DNA from: Schizochytrium sp. TIO01
Taxonomy: Eukaryota; Protista; Bigyra: Labyrinthulomycetes
Reading direction: 5' to 3'
Length of the DNA stretch: 64,000 nt
Assembly (NCBI GenBank): GCA_004764695.1
Contig: SMSO01000004.1
Location: 682,001-746,000 of the forward strand
The notes under the pieces were generated by a model. The model had not been told where the DNA came from, searched no databases, and was given only the letters and a program-made list of their open reading frames with translations. The translations under genes were made by a program, and so were the position numbers. This document shows positions 1 to 13,546 of this stretch, in pieces. Within the stretch, counting starts at the first letter, position 1, and every line of letters begins with the position of its first letter.

Positions 1-3000
1 GAAATAGCTCCCTATAGTAGCTTGAGATTTCGTGGTGGGTTCTCAAAGAGATAATAAATGAGTGTTTGTCTCAGAAAGTTTGGAAACTGTGGCAGACTGT
101 AAGGTAACATGATTGATTCGAGAAGTTAATGTAGAACTAGTTCAAAACACCTTTCTGAAGATAATTTTCTAAATAAATACATGCAAGTCTTTGCTTTGGT
201 TCTTCAACTCCAATTTGCCTTTGTGTAAAGGGCATAAATGTCGGGGTGATTACTTGGGATTGGAGTTGTGATAGATGATTTTCTACATATATACGAGTGT
301 TGCTTTACTCTACTTTTTGAACCCCATTTTGTTTCACAAATCTAAAGGAATTAATGGTTAGAGTGACCGGTTGACATTCATTCAAGCTGCTGCAAGCAGA
401 GGCTAGATTTGTATAGAAAGCATATGTGGTTCTTCAAACATAAATTCGTATGCATGCAAATGTGTCTGAGTCCTCCAATACAAGCTACGGGTGTCTTGAT
501 GATAATTTAAGTATAGGATATTCTTAATGGAAGAGAAGTCTAATTGCCTTGTTATATGATCTTCGGCGTTTGGGAGAAGGGTTGGTAAGCGTTACGTGCT
601 AGCGCTTCATCATGAGTTGGATAGAGATACTTTTATTTTGTTGTCAAATTAATAATTAAACTTCTCTCCAACCAAGTAGTTCATCGTTACAGTGCCCAAG
701 ATGGTTTTGCATCAACTGGGGAAACCAACGCCTAACTTCTTGTTTTCTGACTAATGCAGATCAACTTGAAGGTGATCTTTGAGGAGAAAAAAGTGCACGC
801 TCGCAATCTCGACAACTTCCAAACTACTGTATCTTCTCTAGGCTCAAACTGAGCTGCGTAACCACCTGGATTTAGGTTTATTCAATAAGCGATCAACTAG
901 ATCAGAGAACTAGTAAGAAAATGAAAATGACCATTACTTTTCAGCATCTATATTAATTACGTTTCATGAGCTTCCTCTCCCTTCGTCGGTTTCAACCAGC
1001 TTCCTTCCCATCATTTAATACATGGTGTGAGCTCAAGAGAAAATTCAAAGTCGACGCTGCCAACTCTACTTCGAAGTGGACCGCCTTATGTTATCGGATC
1101 AAAGCCTGGACTACTTACTACCAGCAACCTCGATGTTTTCATCTTCGTTCTAAAGATCCTTATCATACCAGTGAGAGCTTGAGCTCTTAGCATTCTTATC
1201 ACGTCTCCTCGAATCTGTGCAGCATTGCAATCGTCTCTCACTCGCGTTACAGTTTCGCAGGATTGAAACGAGTTTCATCACTAAAATGGGTAAAACAAAA
1301 CTAAACGAAACATAGGTAAGTAAAGCAAAGCAAAGTAAAGTAAAGTAAAGAGAAGACAGGAGAAACAAGGAAGCAGAGGAAGTGTGGGGACTTACTTCTG
1401 CACTACGTTGTTTACAAATATTTTATTCATGACGTTTAATAATAATAATAACAATAATAATAAATTACAATATATATATATAAATCCAATTGAAAAAACA
1501 ATTGAAAAAACAATAAAAAACGAAAGAGGTTAAAAGCAAAAGAAATGTGGCGTTCTTCGCGAGAGGGAATCCGTCGGGATCATTGACGAACAGCTCTTGC
1601 CATCATCGTCCTCAGGATGATATCCAGCTATCCGCTCCACTTCGAGGCCATACGTAGATCTCCTTTGGTCCATCCCCCCGTGCAAGCTCGCTGCGGCCGC
1701 AGGTTCGGCCACCTAGAAGGCACAACTCCAGCCAAGATTCAGGTTTCGGCAGCTCGAAGTTACAGGCAGGTCCTGGCCACCACCCGCTCCGGAGCAGCGA
1801 CAACACAGCCGACCAGCGCAACCACATTGCACCGCTGCAGGCAATGGCGGTGACGATGGCTGCGACGATTGTATTGGCACAAGCAATGGCGGCATGATAG
1901 GTATTCTCCTTCGTGTATGGGGGTCCCTTTGCCCGAGGCAGCGGCAGCAATGCGAGCAGGACTCCAAGCCCGCGCTTCCCAGTTTAGCAGGGACCTTGTT
2001 GCCGCCGCCAGATGCGTGGGTTCTCGCAGGGGAGAGCGCGAGAGCAGAGGCAGGCGCCTCGCGTTATGCTGCAGCGTGGACAGCCGAGCCTCGCTATCTG
2101 CGGCTATCCTCTCGAGTAACCTCAAACAATGGGTCCTTCTGGTGATCGTGGGCACTTCTGTGAAGCTAGCTGCCTGTATACTACCGGAGCTCCGACTGCC
2201 CTTCGCAGGAGGTGGAAGACACGCCAGGAACCTACCTACACGAAGGCATCCGGCCACAGCCGTCGGGAAGACGGCCCGCAGGTCGCCCAAGCGCCGGGCG
2301 GCAGTCGCCTTTCGGGTTCGCGAAGCTATCTGTAAGTAAGAAGATAGAGTTGCCAGGACATCTGCAAGAGCCCTGTAAGCCCCCTATTGCACATTCCCCA
2401 GGACCTGCACAGGCAACCGTGTCATAGATCATGGGCGAAGGATGCACGTCCACCTGCATTTGAAGTTGAGGCCAGCCATCTTGAATGAGCTGCAGTGAGT
2501 GTCCGTTGTCACATACGATGCACTCACCACGCTCAAAGGCTAGGATTTTCAGAGCAAACCCTGCAAGTGACAAGTAAACATGCAGCTTGTACGATTCGAT
2601 ATGACTCGATGGCCTGCCGATGCGGTAGAATGCGAGGCTGAGGTGATATGCTGCATGCAGCAATGATGGTCGATCGTTCCGCCATGTGACAGTGACCTCC
2701 TCCACAACTAATTCATGGAGGTCCCGCGTGGTCATAGCCGCTCTGACTGTACCCAAATCGGTTCTGGTTGGAACGGGGTTGGAATTACAGTTGCACAGTG
2801 GGCTTCTGCAAGTTTAGACTGCCACAACAGAGAAATTCGTCCTCGCCAGGAGATCAAAAGTTCGTGTCCAAGTCAGCAGCCAACCCAAGTACCTACATCC
2901 GTGTTCATAACTAACGCATGGACCAGCTTTCCAACTAGCCATGTTGATTTCACTCGCAAAAAGCAAATTCATTTTCCTCGGGTGCAATCCTGATAAATGC

Positions 3001-3476
3001 CTCCTTCGTAGAAACACCAGCGCTGTGGCAGAAACCCTGCTTGCCTTGCCTCAATCATGTCGCCGTTCGCAATCAACTCCGCCATGAGCCACAACTCACG
3101 GTCCTTTTGCTTCATGATCCATTTCCACCCAATTGAACCCCGTGTTTTCCTCCTTTCTTCCTTCCATTCCCTGTCTCGAACCTTTGGAATCACAAGCTCC
3201 GCGCAGAGAGGGGACATATAGATCCTGTCGTTCGTCTCGCGCGACCAGCCAAGTTCGCTTTCTTAGTTTCTTGGTTTTCTTTGATTCTTAGTTTCTGTTC
3301 AAGTTGTCTCTTTCTACTCCGTGGCTCTCCTGCCCGGAGCTGCCTCTGAGGCTATTGAGAGCCAGGCGGCGATCCTGAGATAGTGCAGTAGAGGTCCCAG
3401 AGCTCGAAGGGTTGGTGGCCTCGGCTACGTCTTGGCGTTGCGAGAACTTGGAGTCGGGGCCTCCTTCTCGCTTTTG

Positions 3477-3580
3477 TATTTATTTATTTATTTATTTATT
3501 TATTTATTTCTTTATTTCTTTATTTCTTTATTTATTTATTTATTTATTTGTTTATTTATTTCTATGTTTATTTATTTATT
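3477..3580. repeat. (TTTA)n microsatellite, imperfect
   Basis: Tandem TATT/TTTA units read directly, with TTTC/TTTG variants. Confidence 0.9.
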
Positions 3581-5161
3581 CAATTGAATAATTAAGTAAT
3601 TAAACAGTTATCTACTTTACTCCTTTCCCTCACTGACCTCGCCTCCGCGCTGGACTAGCAAATAAAAGTCCGGTAGTAGTCGATAGCGGTTTCCTACCGT
3701 TTACGGTAGTTCAGGAGTGTGCATCGATTCCAAATAAACAATGTTTCTTCCCTTCATCCGTTCAATTTAATTTCAAGTGTTTTTAAAATTAATTTTGTTT
3801 ACTTTAATTGAATAAAAAATAAAACAAAAAAACTTACTACTTACTGCCTATGATCAATGCACATGTGCTGCTAGTACTCTATTGTAATGCAGTGGAGAAC
3901 ATTTGCAAATGATGGCTCTTTCTTTCCTCCTTCCTTCCGCTGTCAATTATTATTAGTATTGTTCTTATTCATTTATTTACTTCGATGTTCTCACTGTTAA
4001 TATCAAAAGTAAAGTTCTTCGACGATTGTGCAGTTTAGAAGCAAAAAATGCCTTGGGACCAGGCATTTATTTGTTCATAACTTGAGGAAAGCCGGCCTTG
4101 CGCGGCTCTGCTTGGTTGCCCAAAGCAGGCGGCTCTCACTGCAACGCACGAACACGAAGCGTCCTAAGCCTTAAGAAGAAATACGAATCAACGCGAAGGG
4201 ATCAAGTTCATTTATGGCAAAGTCACTGCTATCGTCCTTCACATTTATATTACTACAAAAAAGACTTTTAAAAAGCAGAATCATAATAACACAATGAATC
4301 TATTCTTGCTCTCGCCCCTTTTTTAATTAAGGCAAAATACCAGTACTACCAACAAACCAGTAGGACCCTCTATTGTTTTTTGTTTTCCCTTGACTTTCAT
4401 TTTCAATTTAATTAATCACAATTTGAAAAGGGTCTTCTTTATTTTAAAATAAAACCATTGGAGGAAAAAAAAACTTAAAAAAAAAAACTGCGCGGATAAA
4501 TTTCGTACACCTGGAATAAAATACCTTCCCCAAGATCTGACGGAGGAAACCCCTCCAAGGCCGACCCTGAGACCTCGCAAAGCTGGCTTCGAGCGGCCTT
4601 CCTGCCTCGCTGCCCTCGCAAGGGCCTTGTCTGCCAGCGGAGCAGCTGCCCAGCAGCTCACTCACCCAGGCCTACCTAGCTCGCCTGAGAACGAAGAAAC
4701 AATGTGCGACGATGGCGCTCCATCTTGGCTTTCTGTGGTGTGCATTGCACATTTTGCATTCTATCGCCCTCCTATCGAATACTCTATGCCTACCAAATAA
4801 AATACACTACCTGCTTATTTATTAGCGCCTCAGCTTTTTGCTGCCGATCTCGGAGACCGCTCGGCGAACCTGTGTGGCGTTGATGCGAATGAAGAGATAG
4901 CGGGTCGTCGTGGCGCAGCCCTCTCACTCTCTGCTGCGGCCTCCACTCTGGATGGGGTCACGGGCTCCGCTGGGGCCAAAGGCAGCGTTACACGTGGCGC
5001 GAGATGGGATGAGTCTTAATCTCGGTCTCTGCGATCGTTTCTTTCTGGCATCATCCACTTTAGTACTTTTTATTATTTTTATTTTTTAAGTCTCTCTCGC
5101 GTATTTATTTAGTTTTAATTTACAATTTAAAACATTTTGATTAGTATTGTTTATTCTTCTA

Positions 5162-5204
5162 AGATAGATAGAGACAGATAGATAGATAGATAGATAGATT
5201 GATA
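5162..5204. repeat. (GATA)n microsatellite
   Basis: agatagatagagacagatagatagatagatagatag. Confidence 0.85.
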
Positions 5205-7862
5205 CACACGAAAGTGGAGGAAGTAAAAGACAGGAGACCGTCTGGAACCTCCGTACTAAACCTGTATTTAAATTAGAGGCGCAGCGCAGGGACTAGCTCT
5301 GACTTTCTATGAGCCCGTTGCTGTGACTCCTCCGGCTCTCAGCTTGCAAAGCATGCGGGAAATACACGATGGGTTCTTTCCTGCCGTGCAGCGCAAGTCT
5401 TGCTGCCGTTCACAGGCCTACTTAAAATAAAACACAAAAGGAAACCAAAGTCAAAGTCAAAGTCAAAGTCAAAGTTAAAATCAATCACTCGCGGGGAAAC
5501 CAGCCTGATACGTATATGAAAGAGTAGCGGAAACAACTGCGTCAACCTGAACTCACAGGCTCGTGTCTTCTCCTCGGCTGGCTGTGAGTTCTCTTCGAAA
5601 TCCGCGTTGCCCTCTCTGTTAGAATGCGTATCGCAATCCCGCTCCTTCTAACATGGAGAACCTCAGGTCGAGAACGAAAAGAACTCGTTTTATAAAAGAG
5701 GTGTTTTACACGTACATACATTCATGAGGAACATGAGTGGAAACAAACCTCTCTCTCCCTTTCTCCACGATCCCATTCATTTCATTCATCCATATCATTC
5801 ATTCATTCATTTAGTCCACTCACGCCAGCTCCGCTCTTCTCAGGAACAGCAAATAGTGAAAGGAACGAGCATCTTCGACCCATAAATAAGCAAGTCAAAC
5901 TATGGCGCCTTAGCAGAAAGAGGTCTCGATGAATAAGTCTGCTGACTGGCCGAGTGGCCTATGTCGCGCCTAGGCAATGCCTAAGCGACTGGCTGTATTG
6001 CCGATCGTTTTATGTGTTGTTTATAATGTATTCATTTCAATAAATGAACAAATAATTATTTAGCTAATTTAATTAAACGCCGCTTTGAAACAAAATCACT
6101 CAAAAAACTGCGTCGATTGCAGTTTTATTTCTTCATTGATGAGTCAACGTGGGTAGGTAGCACTTACCTATTGCCTGGTAGGGCTCTGCGTCGTAGTCCA
6201 GCGCATCCTTTCAGTGTGCCTTGGATTTATTTATTTACCTACCGCCACTGCTACCGCTAATGCTAGTGCTCCTTCAGCTTTGTGAGTCGAGACTTGAAAT
6301 CACGAGCTTTGCTCATTCCGGAGAACATCATCCAATCAACCGTCCATCCATCCATCTTCGCATTGCATATCCGCGGAGAAGATCGAGAGAGCCCAGGCGA
6401 GGATTTCTTGAACCTTGGAGTTCCACGCATGTTTGTTTTATGCACTTCATAACGCATTGATTGATCCATTGATTGGTTAATTATAATTAATTCATCTGAG
6501 CACGCAAAGTTCGTAGCGGAAAAGGAATTGGAGGCCTTCTTTTATTTGCCGTTCTCGACGAAAACTCACGCGCGACCATGAGTGGCGATTGCAGAACAGA
6601 ACGGCATGGACAGGAATAAAGAACGATCGAACAGTCATCATCGCGCACAGGCGAAGACAACGCGAGAGCGTTACATTTATGCCACGCTAGCGAGCGAATG
6701 AATGCATAAATAAACAAACAAATAAATACACTAATATATTAAACGAACGAAGGAAGCAACGAAGGAGTGGGCGTTGTCTTTTAGTCCCGAATGCCGTCTT
6801 CGGGGTCTTCTTCAGCTCCTTCAAGTTGGATTCGGGTCACAGGTTGGACGGTGTAAGCTCCCAATCGATCGAGGCGGTTTGAAGGAGCCCAAGGCGGCTA
6901 AGTAGGCGCTAGGAACTGCTAGGCAGGCAGGCACACACTCTCACTCACACGCGCGCGTATATGAATGCCTATATACGTGCGTGCATGCATCCATGTAAAC
7001 TCTTGGACAAACTTGAAGGCGAAAGTAGATAGATATACAGATGGATGTAAATGCGGAGCGGATGATGCGGAGAGAAGTCAGGTCCGGCGATGAAAGTCAC
7101 AGCTCTGGCAGATTGGCCGCTGTGACGTCATGAGCTCTCTTGAGCTCACGGGGATCATCGCGAATCGCTGAAAACACATGCGCTGCGAGGACCTGGTTCC
7201 AAAAGTTCTAAAGCGTTATCGTGAAACTTTCAACTTTAGTAATTTTTGCGATTTTTATGTTTAATTAAAACGATTATTAGTTTAGTTTAAATAAATGAAA
7301 TAAACAGAACAAGTAGATACTGTAATGGACAGTATGAGGTATCAGAACTTGATTATTACTGGTATGTTACATGTTTATTCTGCCTGAGCGAGTCGATGCT
7401 GTGCGCAACACCAGACACAGTGCCGATGGACTCTTTCCCGGTGCTTTCTAATAATACTTTGCGCCGTGTGCGGTAATAGATAGGTCGCAGTCTTCGAATT
7501 AAATACACTCTTGAAACTCGGGTCCTTCCTCTTCCTTCACCTTTTTGCCAATATTTCAGTTCGGAGGTGTTAGGCGCTGCTAGCTGGCTACTAGCAGAGA
7601 AGGCAATGTGGAAGGCGCTCGCTTCTGCCTTCAAACAAAAAGAAGTTTCGATCGATCGTCTGTTTCTCTACGAACTGTGCGGAGTTTTTTTGTTTGTTTG
7701 TTTGTTGGTTTGTTTGTTTGCACAAGAGAGCGCTTTCTTTCTTTCCTTTTCTGAACACTCGAAAGTTTCGAAAGGGTTTCCTTTCCGTGTTTCCATGTTC
7801 CTTTCTCTCTCTTCTACCGGAGAACTAGCCATGATTTGGGAGTAGGGTTAGTCAGTAGTCAA

Positions 7863-8022
7863 AGTGAGTGAGTGAGTGAGTGAGTGAGTGAGTGAGTGAG
7901 TTTGCTATGGAGAATCGAGATCGTAATAAAAGACGGCGAAGAATAGGTTAGTTAGTTAGTCAGTCAGTCAGTCTCAGTCTTCAGTCAGTCGGCCAGTCAG
8001 TCAGTCGTCAGTCAGTCAGTCA
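7863..8022. repeat. Compound microsatellite: (AGTG)n, then (GTTA)n/(GTCA)n
   Basis: About 9 AGTG units at 7863-7901, then GTTA and GTCA units at 7947-8022. Confidence 0.85.
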
Positions 8023-8976
8023 ACAATCAGCATTGCTGGCAAAAGCAACTGCCTGACTGACTCGCTGTGGCCAACAACTAAAAAGCGAAGAACTGGTAGC
8101 TTCGCTGGTTTCATTCGAGCCATAACCGAAGCTTCTGTGCCGCAGTCAGTGCGTGCATTTGCTTGTTTTTCTGGTTTTACAAGTTGGTTTTTGCTGGTTT
8201 CTGGTCAGGTAGAAGTGGTAGGAGCGCACTACTATGAGTAGCATCTTTTAAAGTTGGTTTATATATGTATGTATATGCATAATATTATAATTATTTTATT
8301 GATTAATTAACTAACATTGCATTTTAAATAAATAAATAATTTTCATTTTAAAATCAAAAATCAAAATAAAGTAATGATAGTAATTTTCTACAATGTATAA
8401 TTCTTGAACTCCGAAGAGACAGAGAGAATAAAAATAAAAACACTTTGGTTGAGAGAAAGAAAATTGATTTGCAACTTACTTTACTATTCACTGGTTCATT
8501 CATCGATTCATCGATTGATTGATTCATTGATTGATTCATACATTCATTGATGCGCCGTCGGTCCGCAGACTCTTCAGTTCGAATTCTCTCTCGCCGAGGC
8601 GGGAAAGCCTCAGGTCTCTGCGAGGAGCGAGGAGCGGCAGCAGCAGCAGCAGCAGCAGCAGGAGGAGGAGGAGGAGTCAGCTGCTGGTTTGCTACCTTGC
8701 GCTGCAACATAAAAGGAAAAGCCTTCCAGGAAAAACTTTCATAATTCTTTCTTTTCTCTTCACTCCATCCTGTCAACATCGCAACATCGGATTGCACTCA
8801 TCCATCCCTTCAACTGACTAACCAAAGTAACCTAGCGCATCACCTGCGCACGCACTCGCTGCCGGAGCGCGCGCAGACGGAATCTGCCGCCCCAACAGCG
8901 AGGCCCTCGACGCGGTTGAAGCAGGCTTTGTTTGCAACGGAGACGACAACCTCCTCGGCGCCAGTCGCTAGTCGCC

Positions 8977-11900
8977 ATGGCGCACATGGACTCGTCCATC
9001 GCGACCTCTTCGACTTCAAGCTCGACTCCAGTCACAACTTCGCTAAGGCGACGTGGAGAAAAGCGAAACTACAAAGGGCAGTGCGCCGATAGACCGAATA
9101 AGACTTCAAGCAATTATGGGACATCATACGCAAAAGAGAGTTCCACAGAAAAAAGAACAACGACAATGGAGGAGTCCTCATCGATCTCATGGTTGTATTC
9201 ATTAGCATTGACATCGAAATCTATTATTCACTGTAATTCTTTCCCGTCATCGTCTGCAGAGTCCTCAATAAACGTATTAGAAAGCAACGTGGGACGTCTA
9301 GCGCAAAAGGGAAATGCGCACGGAATCGTCACACGGAAACCCTGCAGTGGTCGGAGGGACCGGACCAAACTTGGTACGTGGAATCGGGTTGGCTTAGCAA
9401 TGCTGGCGAGCCTTATCTTGTTCACAACTTTGGTGAACGGCCGGTTGTTGCAAGAGGACACCGGCGTTAGTCCAACTCCAGCACCAACAGTCCCGACGCC
9501 ACAGCCTACGTTCCCAACACCAGAGCCTACAGCACCAACACCGGAACCTACAGCGCCAACACCGGAACCTACAGCACCAACACCGGAACCTACTTCTCCA
9601 ACACCGCAACCAACATTCCCTACTCCAGCGCCTACGCCGCAACCAACCCCGGAGCCTACGCCGGAACCGACACTCCCTACCCCAGCACCTACGCCGCAAC
9701 CTACGCCGGAGCCTACGCCGGAGCCTACATTCCCTACCCCAGCACCTACGCCGCAACCAACTGCCGAGCCTACGCCGGAACCAACACTTCCTACTCCAGC
9801 ACCTACGCCGCAACCAACTGCCGAGCCTACGCCGGAACCAACACTCCCTACAGCAGCACCTACGCCGCAACCTACTCTGGAGCCCACGCCGCAACCTACT
9901 TTCCCTACGGCAGCACCTACGCCGCAACCTACTCTGGAGCCCACGCCGCAACCTACTTTCCCTACGGCAGCACCTACTCCACAGCCAACTGCTGAGCCTA
10001 CGCAGCAGCCAACATTCCCCACTGCAGCACCTACCCTGGAGCCAACTCCCGAGCCTACGCAGCAGCCAACACTCCCAACTTCCGAGCCTACGCCAGAACC
10101 AACTTTGCCTACACCTTTCCCAACAGCATACCCAACTCTTCCCACGCCATTGCCATCAACTGCTCCGACGTTGCCGACGCCACAACCAACAGCCGCCCCG
10201 ACACCACAACCAACATTAGCACCTACATTGCAGCCCACGCAACAGCCTACAGCAGAACCCACAGCGCCTACTTCAGAGCCAACTAATGCACCAACACCCC
10301 AACCCACGCAACAGCCCACGAGCCCAACACCAAGACCCACGTCAAGGCCAACCGTGCCAACCCCACAACCTACGTCGAACCCGACTGCATATCCAACATC
10401 AAACCCTGTATCGCCTACAAATTCTCCCACGTCTGCACCTTCGAGCACTCCCACTCAAGAACCGACGCTTGCTGCGACCGCAAGGCCGACGACACAAAAC
10501 CCGTCGCTAAGTCCAACCACTCTCGCACCAAGCTCTTCTTCGCCTACGTCGGTGCCGTCTACAGATGTTATTGTAGACCCATCTTCTACTATTGCACCAG
10601 CTACAACCTCGCCTTCAACCGCACCGACAGCAACATCGAAGACTGCTGAACCCACAAGTGCCCCAACTGTTGCTTCATCTTCGCCAGACGGATCTGACAA
10701 TGTGTCCAAGGATCAGGATAACAGTTCAGTGAATCACACTTGTAATGGTGTTTACGTTGACGTAGATCCTGGAAATACGGTCATGCTGCTAACATCATAC
10801 GCCTTTGCAGCTCTCGGACTTGTCATTGGCCTCTCTGGCTGTATAGTGATTGCAATCTTTCGTGACCGTCCAGCGATGAAAATGTCCCAGCAGACTCTGC
10901 TTGGTATGTTTTCTTTGGGTTTAGCCATCCTAAATGGTGCACTGATCCCCCGCATTTTAAGCCTTTCGAGCCCCAGGTCCGTGGACTGCATCGTTTTTGA
11001 TGTTCTATTTTATCTTGCTGCAACCTTCAGTCTTGCCTGTCTTTGTGTGAAGGAGTTCCGAGCCTGGATTGTCTTCAAGCGCTCACAGGAACTCAAACAT
11101 GTCAAGATTACAGATCTCCAGGTTTATGGTGTTCTTGGAGGTATTGTTGGTGGCATGGTGGTTATTCTCATTATTTGGTTGGTTCTCTTTCCTCCAAGTC
11201 CAGACCCATGCACAGACTATCGTTGTGCATCTTCTTCTAGCGCACTTAACTACGTTGCTTTCGCATACATTATTGTGTTAACTATCCTAACGGTGACCGT
11301 GGCAATCCTTGCGCGTAAGGTCAACGCTGTGGCAGCAGAATCTACCGGGATCCTTGTGACTGCGTCACTTGCATGCTGCGCTATCGTTTTCTTAGGAATC
11401 ATCATTAAGACTCAAAGTACTCCTGCGTATGTCGAGTCGTGGCTTTTGAGCTTTTGCGTCGCGGCAATCTCTATTGTGGCAGTTTCTCTTATTGTCTTCC
11501 GTAAATTGTCTTGGATCGACCATACTGAAGAGGACCTTCGTGACAAGTTCCTTGGTGGAGCAGGAGCCAAACGTAATAACAATAACAGCACAAACTCCAG
11601 CATCCCCGGCGAGCCGCATGATGACAACAGCAGCTATGCTGGGCCTTACACTGCCCCTCCCAACTCAGCCAATACCTCAAATAGTATGGCTGGCTCTTCT
11701 TCGTCTTACTCTGCTGCCCGGCCGATCTTTGTCACCCATGACATGCAGCTCCCGAAGCCCGAGCCTCTGTATAACCCATACGGTCGATATGGATCACGCA
11801 TGCATGGCCCCAACAACGACGCAGCCTCGCATGATGAATCCACCTCTGCAACTGCTCTTTCTGATGATTTCTTTTCTAATCGTGGATCCGCGCCAAACAC

Positions 11901-12816
11901 CCAGAATGAGCCCTCTGTCCAATTTAGACCGATGGTGCGTACTCAGTCATACAACACAGACGATGGCGTGGCTTCAATGAAGACAAGTCGTTCTGATGAC
12001 TTCCTCTCAACTCGGTCTGGGCCCTCAACGCAAAATGAACCTCCTCTAGTCCACTTCACCATCCCGGAGCGCCGGCGTTCGGTCAATACAGATGATGGCG
12101 CCTCATCCGCTGGCACGGTGCGCTCGGATGATGCATCATTTTCATCATACCGATATGCATCTTCTTTGCACAGCGACCCTCCTATGTATGGAATGGGTGA
12201 CCGCACTCGTTCTGCACAAAGGGATGACGGAGAGGCATCTGTTATGACGAGCCGCTCTGATGAACGCGATTTTCTCTCATCGTCGCGCTCTGCGCCCTCT
12301 CTTCATCATCGCCAATTCAATGCTCAACAGCCCTCTGTGCAATTCCGCTTTCCGCCCCCAAATACGACTCAACAGCGGAGCAACACCGATGACGCTCCCC
12401 GCGTCAACCTTCCACCGCTCTACCAGAGGCCTAATGGGGCGGGTAGTAAGACAGACGATGCACCTTTTGTGGCTATGCCGCCTTTCAATCGTGCAAATCA
12501 CTCACGTGGAGGCTCGCAATCTTCTCTAACGTTTTTGCCAACTAGTGCTGACAATGCAAGCCTTGTTAGCCACTTTGCGAACTTGGGAACAGAGGACGAT
12601 GACGATGAGGTCGATGGCGTTAGCGAGGAGGTCCGTGCCAAGGTAGAGGAATACCAAAAGAAGGGATTTCGCATTGGCGAAATTGGCAATTGGGAAGAGT
12701 ACCTGGATCGTGGTACAGGCGAACAATACTTTTTGAATATTCTTACGGGTGAAGTTTCTGACCATGCACCAGAGGAAGATGAAGAGGATGCAGGCCGGAA
12801 GCTCAACTCTGTTTAA
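8977..12816 (+). CDS. Class C (GABA-B-like, 7tm_3) seven-transmembrane receptor with Pro/Thr mucin-like ectodomain, long repetitive cytoplasmic tail and C-terminal WW-like domain
   Basis: ORF opens at 8932; first ATG is 8977 but the true start is uncertain. A signal-like segment [16 protein letters not shown]|RLLQ precedes PTPxPT repeats (~9470-10660). Seven hydrophobic helices (~10780-11500) carry class C-like hallmarks [23 protein letters not shown] and AAESTGI. The C-terminus has [21 protein letters not shown]. Confidence 0.8.
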   Translation: MAHMDSSIATSSTSSSTPVTTSLRRRGEKRNYKGQCADRPNKTSSNYGTSYAKESSTEKRTTTMEESSSISWLYSLALTSKSIIHCNSFPSSSAESSINVLESNVGRLAQKGNAHGIVTRKPCSGRRDRTKLGTWNRVGLAMLASLILFTTLVNGRLLQEDTGVSPTPAPTVPTPQPTFPTPEPTAPTPEPTAPTPEPTAPTPEPTSPTPQPTFPTPAPTPQPTPEPTPEPTLPTPAPTPQPTPEPTPEPTFPTPAPTPQPTAEPTPEPTLPTPAPTPQPTAEPTPEPTLPTAAPTPQPTLEPTPQPTFPTAAPTPQPTLEPTPQPTFPTAAPTPQPTAEPTQQPTFPTAAPTLEPTPEPTQQPTLPTSEPTPEPTLPTPFPTAYPTLPTPLPSTAPTLPTPQPTAAPTPQPTLAPTLQPTQQPTAEPTAPTSEPTNAPTPQPTQQPTSPTPRPTSRPTVPTPQPTSNPTAYPTSNPVSPTNSPTSAPSSTPTQEPTLAATARPTTQNPSLSPTTLAPSSSSPTSVPSTDVIVDPSSTIAPATTSPSTAPTATSKTAEPTSAPTVASSSPDGSDNVSKDQDNSSVNHTCNGVYVDVDPGNTVMLLTSYAFAALGLVIGLSGCIVIAIFRDRPAMKMSQQTLLGMFSLGLAILNGALIPRILSLSSPRSVDCIVFDVLFYLAATFSLACLCVKEFRAWIVFKRSQELKHVKITDLQVYGVLGGIVGGMVVILIIWLVLFPPSPDPCTDYRCASSSSALNYVAFAYIIVLTILTVTVAILARKVNAVAAESTGILVTASLACCAIVFLGIIIKTQSTPAYVESWLLSFCVAAISIVAVSLIVFRKLSWIDHTEEDLRDKFLGGAGAKRNNNNSTNSSIPGEPHDDNSSYAGPYTAPPNSANTSNSMAGSSSSYSAARPIFVTHDMQLPKPEPLYNPYGRYGSRMHGPNNDAASHDESTSATALSDDFFSNRGSAPNTQNEPSVQFRPMVRTQSYNTDDGVASMKTSRSDDFLSTRSGPSTQNEPPLVHFTIPERRRSVNTDDGASSAGTVRSDDASFSSYRYASSLHSDPPMYGMGDRTRSAQRDDGEASVMTSRSDERDFLSSSRSAPSLHHRQFNAQQPSVQFRFPPPNTTQQRSNTDDAPRVNLPPLYQRPNGAGSKTDDAPFVAMPPFNRANHSRGGSQSSLTFLPTSADNASLVSHFANLGTEDDDDEVDGVSEEVRAKVEEYQKKGFRIGEIGNWEEYLDRGTGEQYFLNILTGEVSDHAPEEDEEDAGRKLNSV
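9472..10440 (+). repeat. Coding tandem repeat (PTPQPT/PTPEPT/PTLPT/PTFPT units)
   Basis: Near-identical 21-nt and 60-nt DNA units, e.g. ccagcacctacgccgcaaccaactgccgagcctacgccggaaccaacact. Confidence 0.9.
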
Positions 12817-13546
12817 AAAGACGTCTTTGAAAGACCCCTAAAATCAATCGACACATTAGATGTGTAACATTGAGGCATCTAGCACCGTTTCTGTAAAGTT
12901 TGACTTTGTAGGGCGCCGACGTTGGTGTTTTCAGGAACAGTACTCATCCTTCTAGTCTTGCTACCAAGCAGATAAACATACAGACATACAGACGAACAAC
13001 CTATCAATCAAATAATGAAACAAGCAAGCAAACAAACAAACAGTCATATCAGCATGTGCAAATGCCCAACAGAGCTGGAAGCTCATTAGTACTAGTAAAT
13101 GGCACGCAACGAAATCGCTTTCTCCTTGCCAGAACAAGGAAAGTTGATCACGCGTTGCTGCTGTTCTGAGCATTTGTGTTGCTATCTGATACAAGATTTG
13201 TTATGACGTAAAAATTCTGATCATTTTTGTGTATTTTGTGATTCATGTTGTACTAAATTTGATCGCAACAGAAAAAGCCCCATGACATTTCTTAAGGTGG
13301 AGAATATATTATCTTGATAAGTACAAACTTGCAAATAAACACATCTTTGTGTATATATTATCCGATTTGCATAGCGTCTTGGCCATCGAATAGAGAAATG
13401 GCAATGATATTAAGTTTGCCAGAAAGATTAGAGATGCAATCAATTTATACAATAAGTTGAATAAACACTAGGAATATAAAGGGGATCTTGATTGACAATT
13501 CTGCCCAAACCAAGTCACCCTTTGGGCGCATGATGGGAATAGCACA

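Noticed and set aside
1530-3470. GC-richer block with many short overlapping ORFs; SGLHPRK..CRYLGWLL on the minus strand faintly recalls a non-LTR reverse transcriptase motif
   Set aside because: No YxDD or other RT motif, no continuous frame and no poly-A tail. It may be a decayed gene but cannot be assigned.
9228-10454. 408-aa minus-strand VG-repeat ORF
   Set aside because: Antisense shadow of the Pro/Thr repeat in the receptor gene.
13177-13270. TGTTGC...GCAACA termini suggesting a solo LTR or MITE
   Set aside because: Only 94 bp, no target-site duplication and no second copy in the window.
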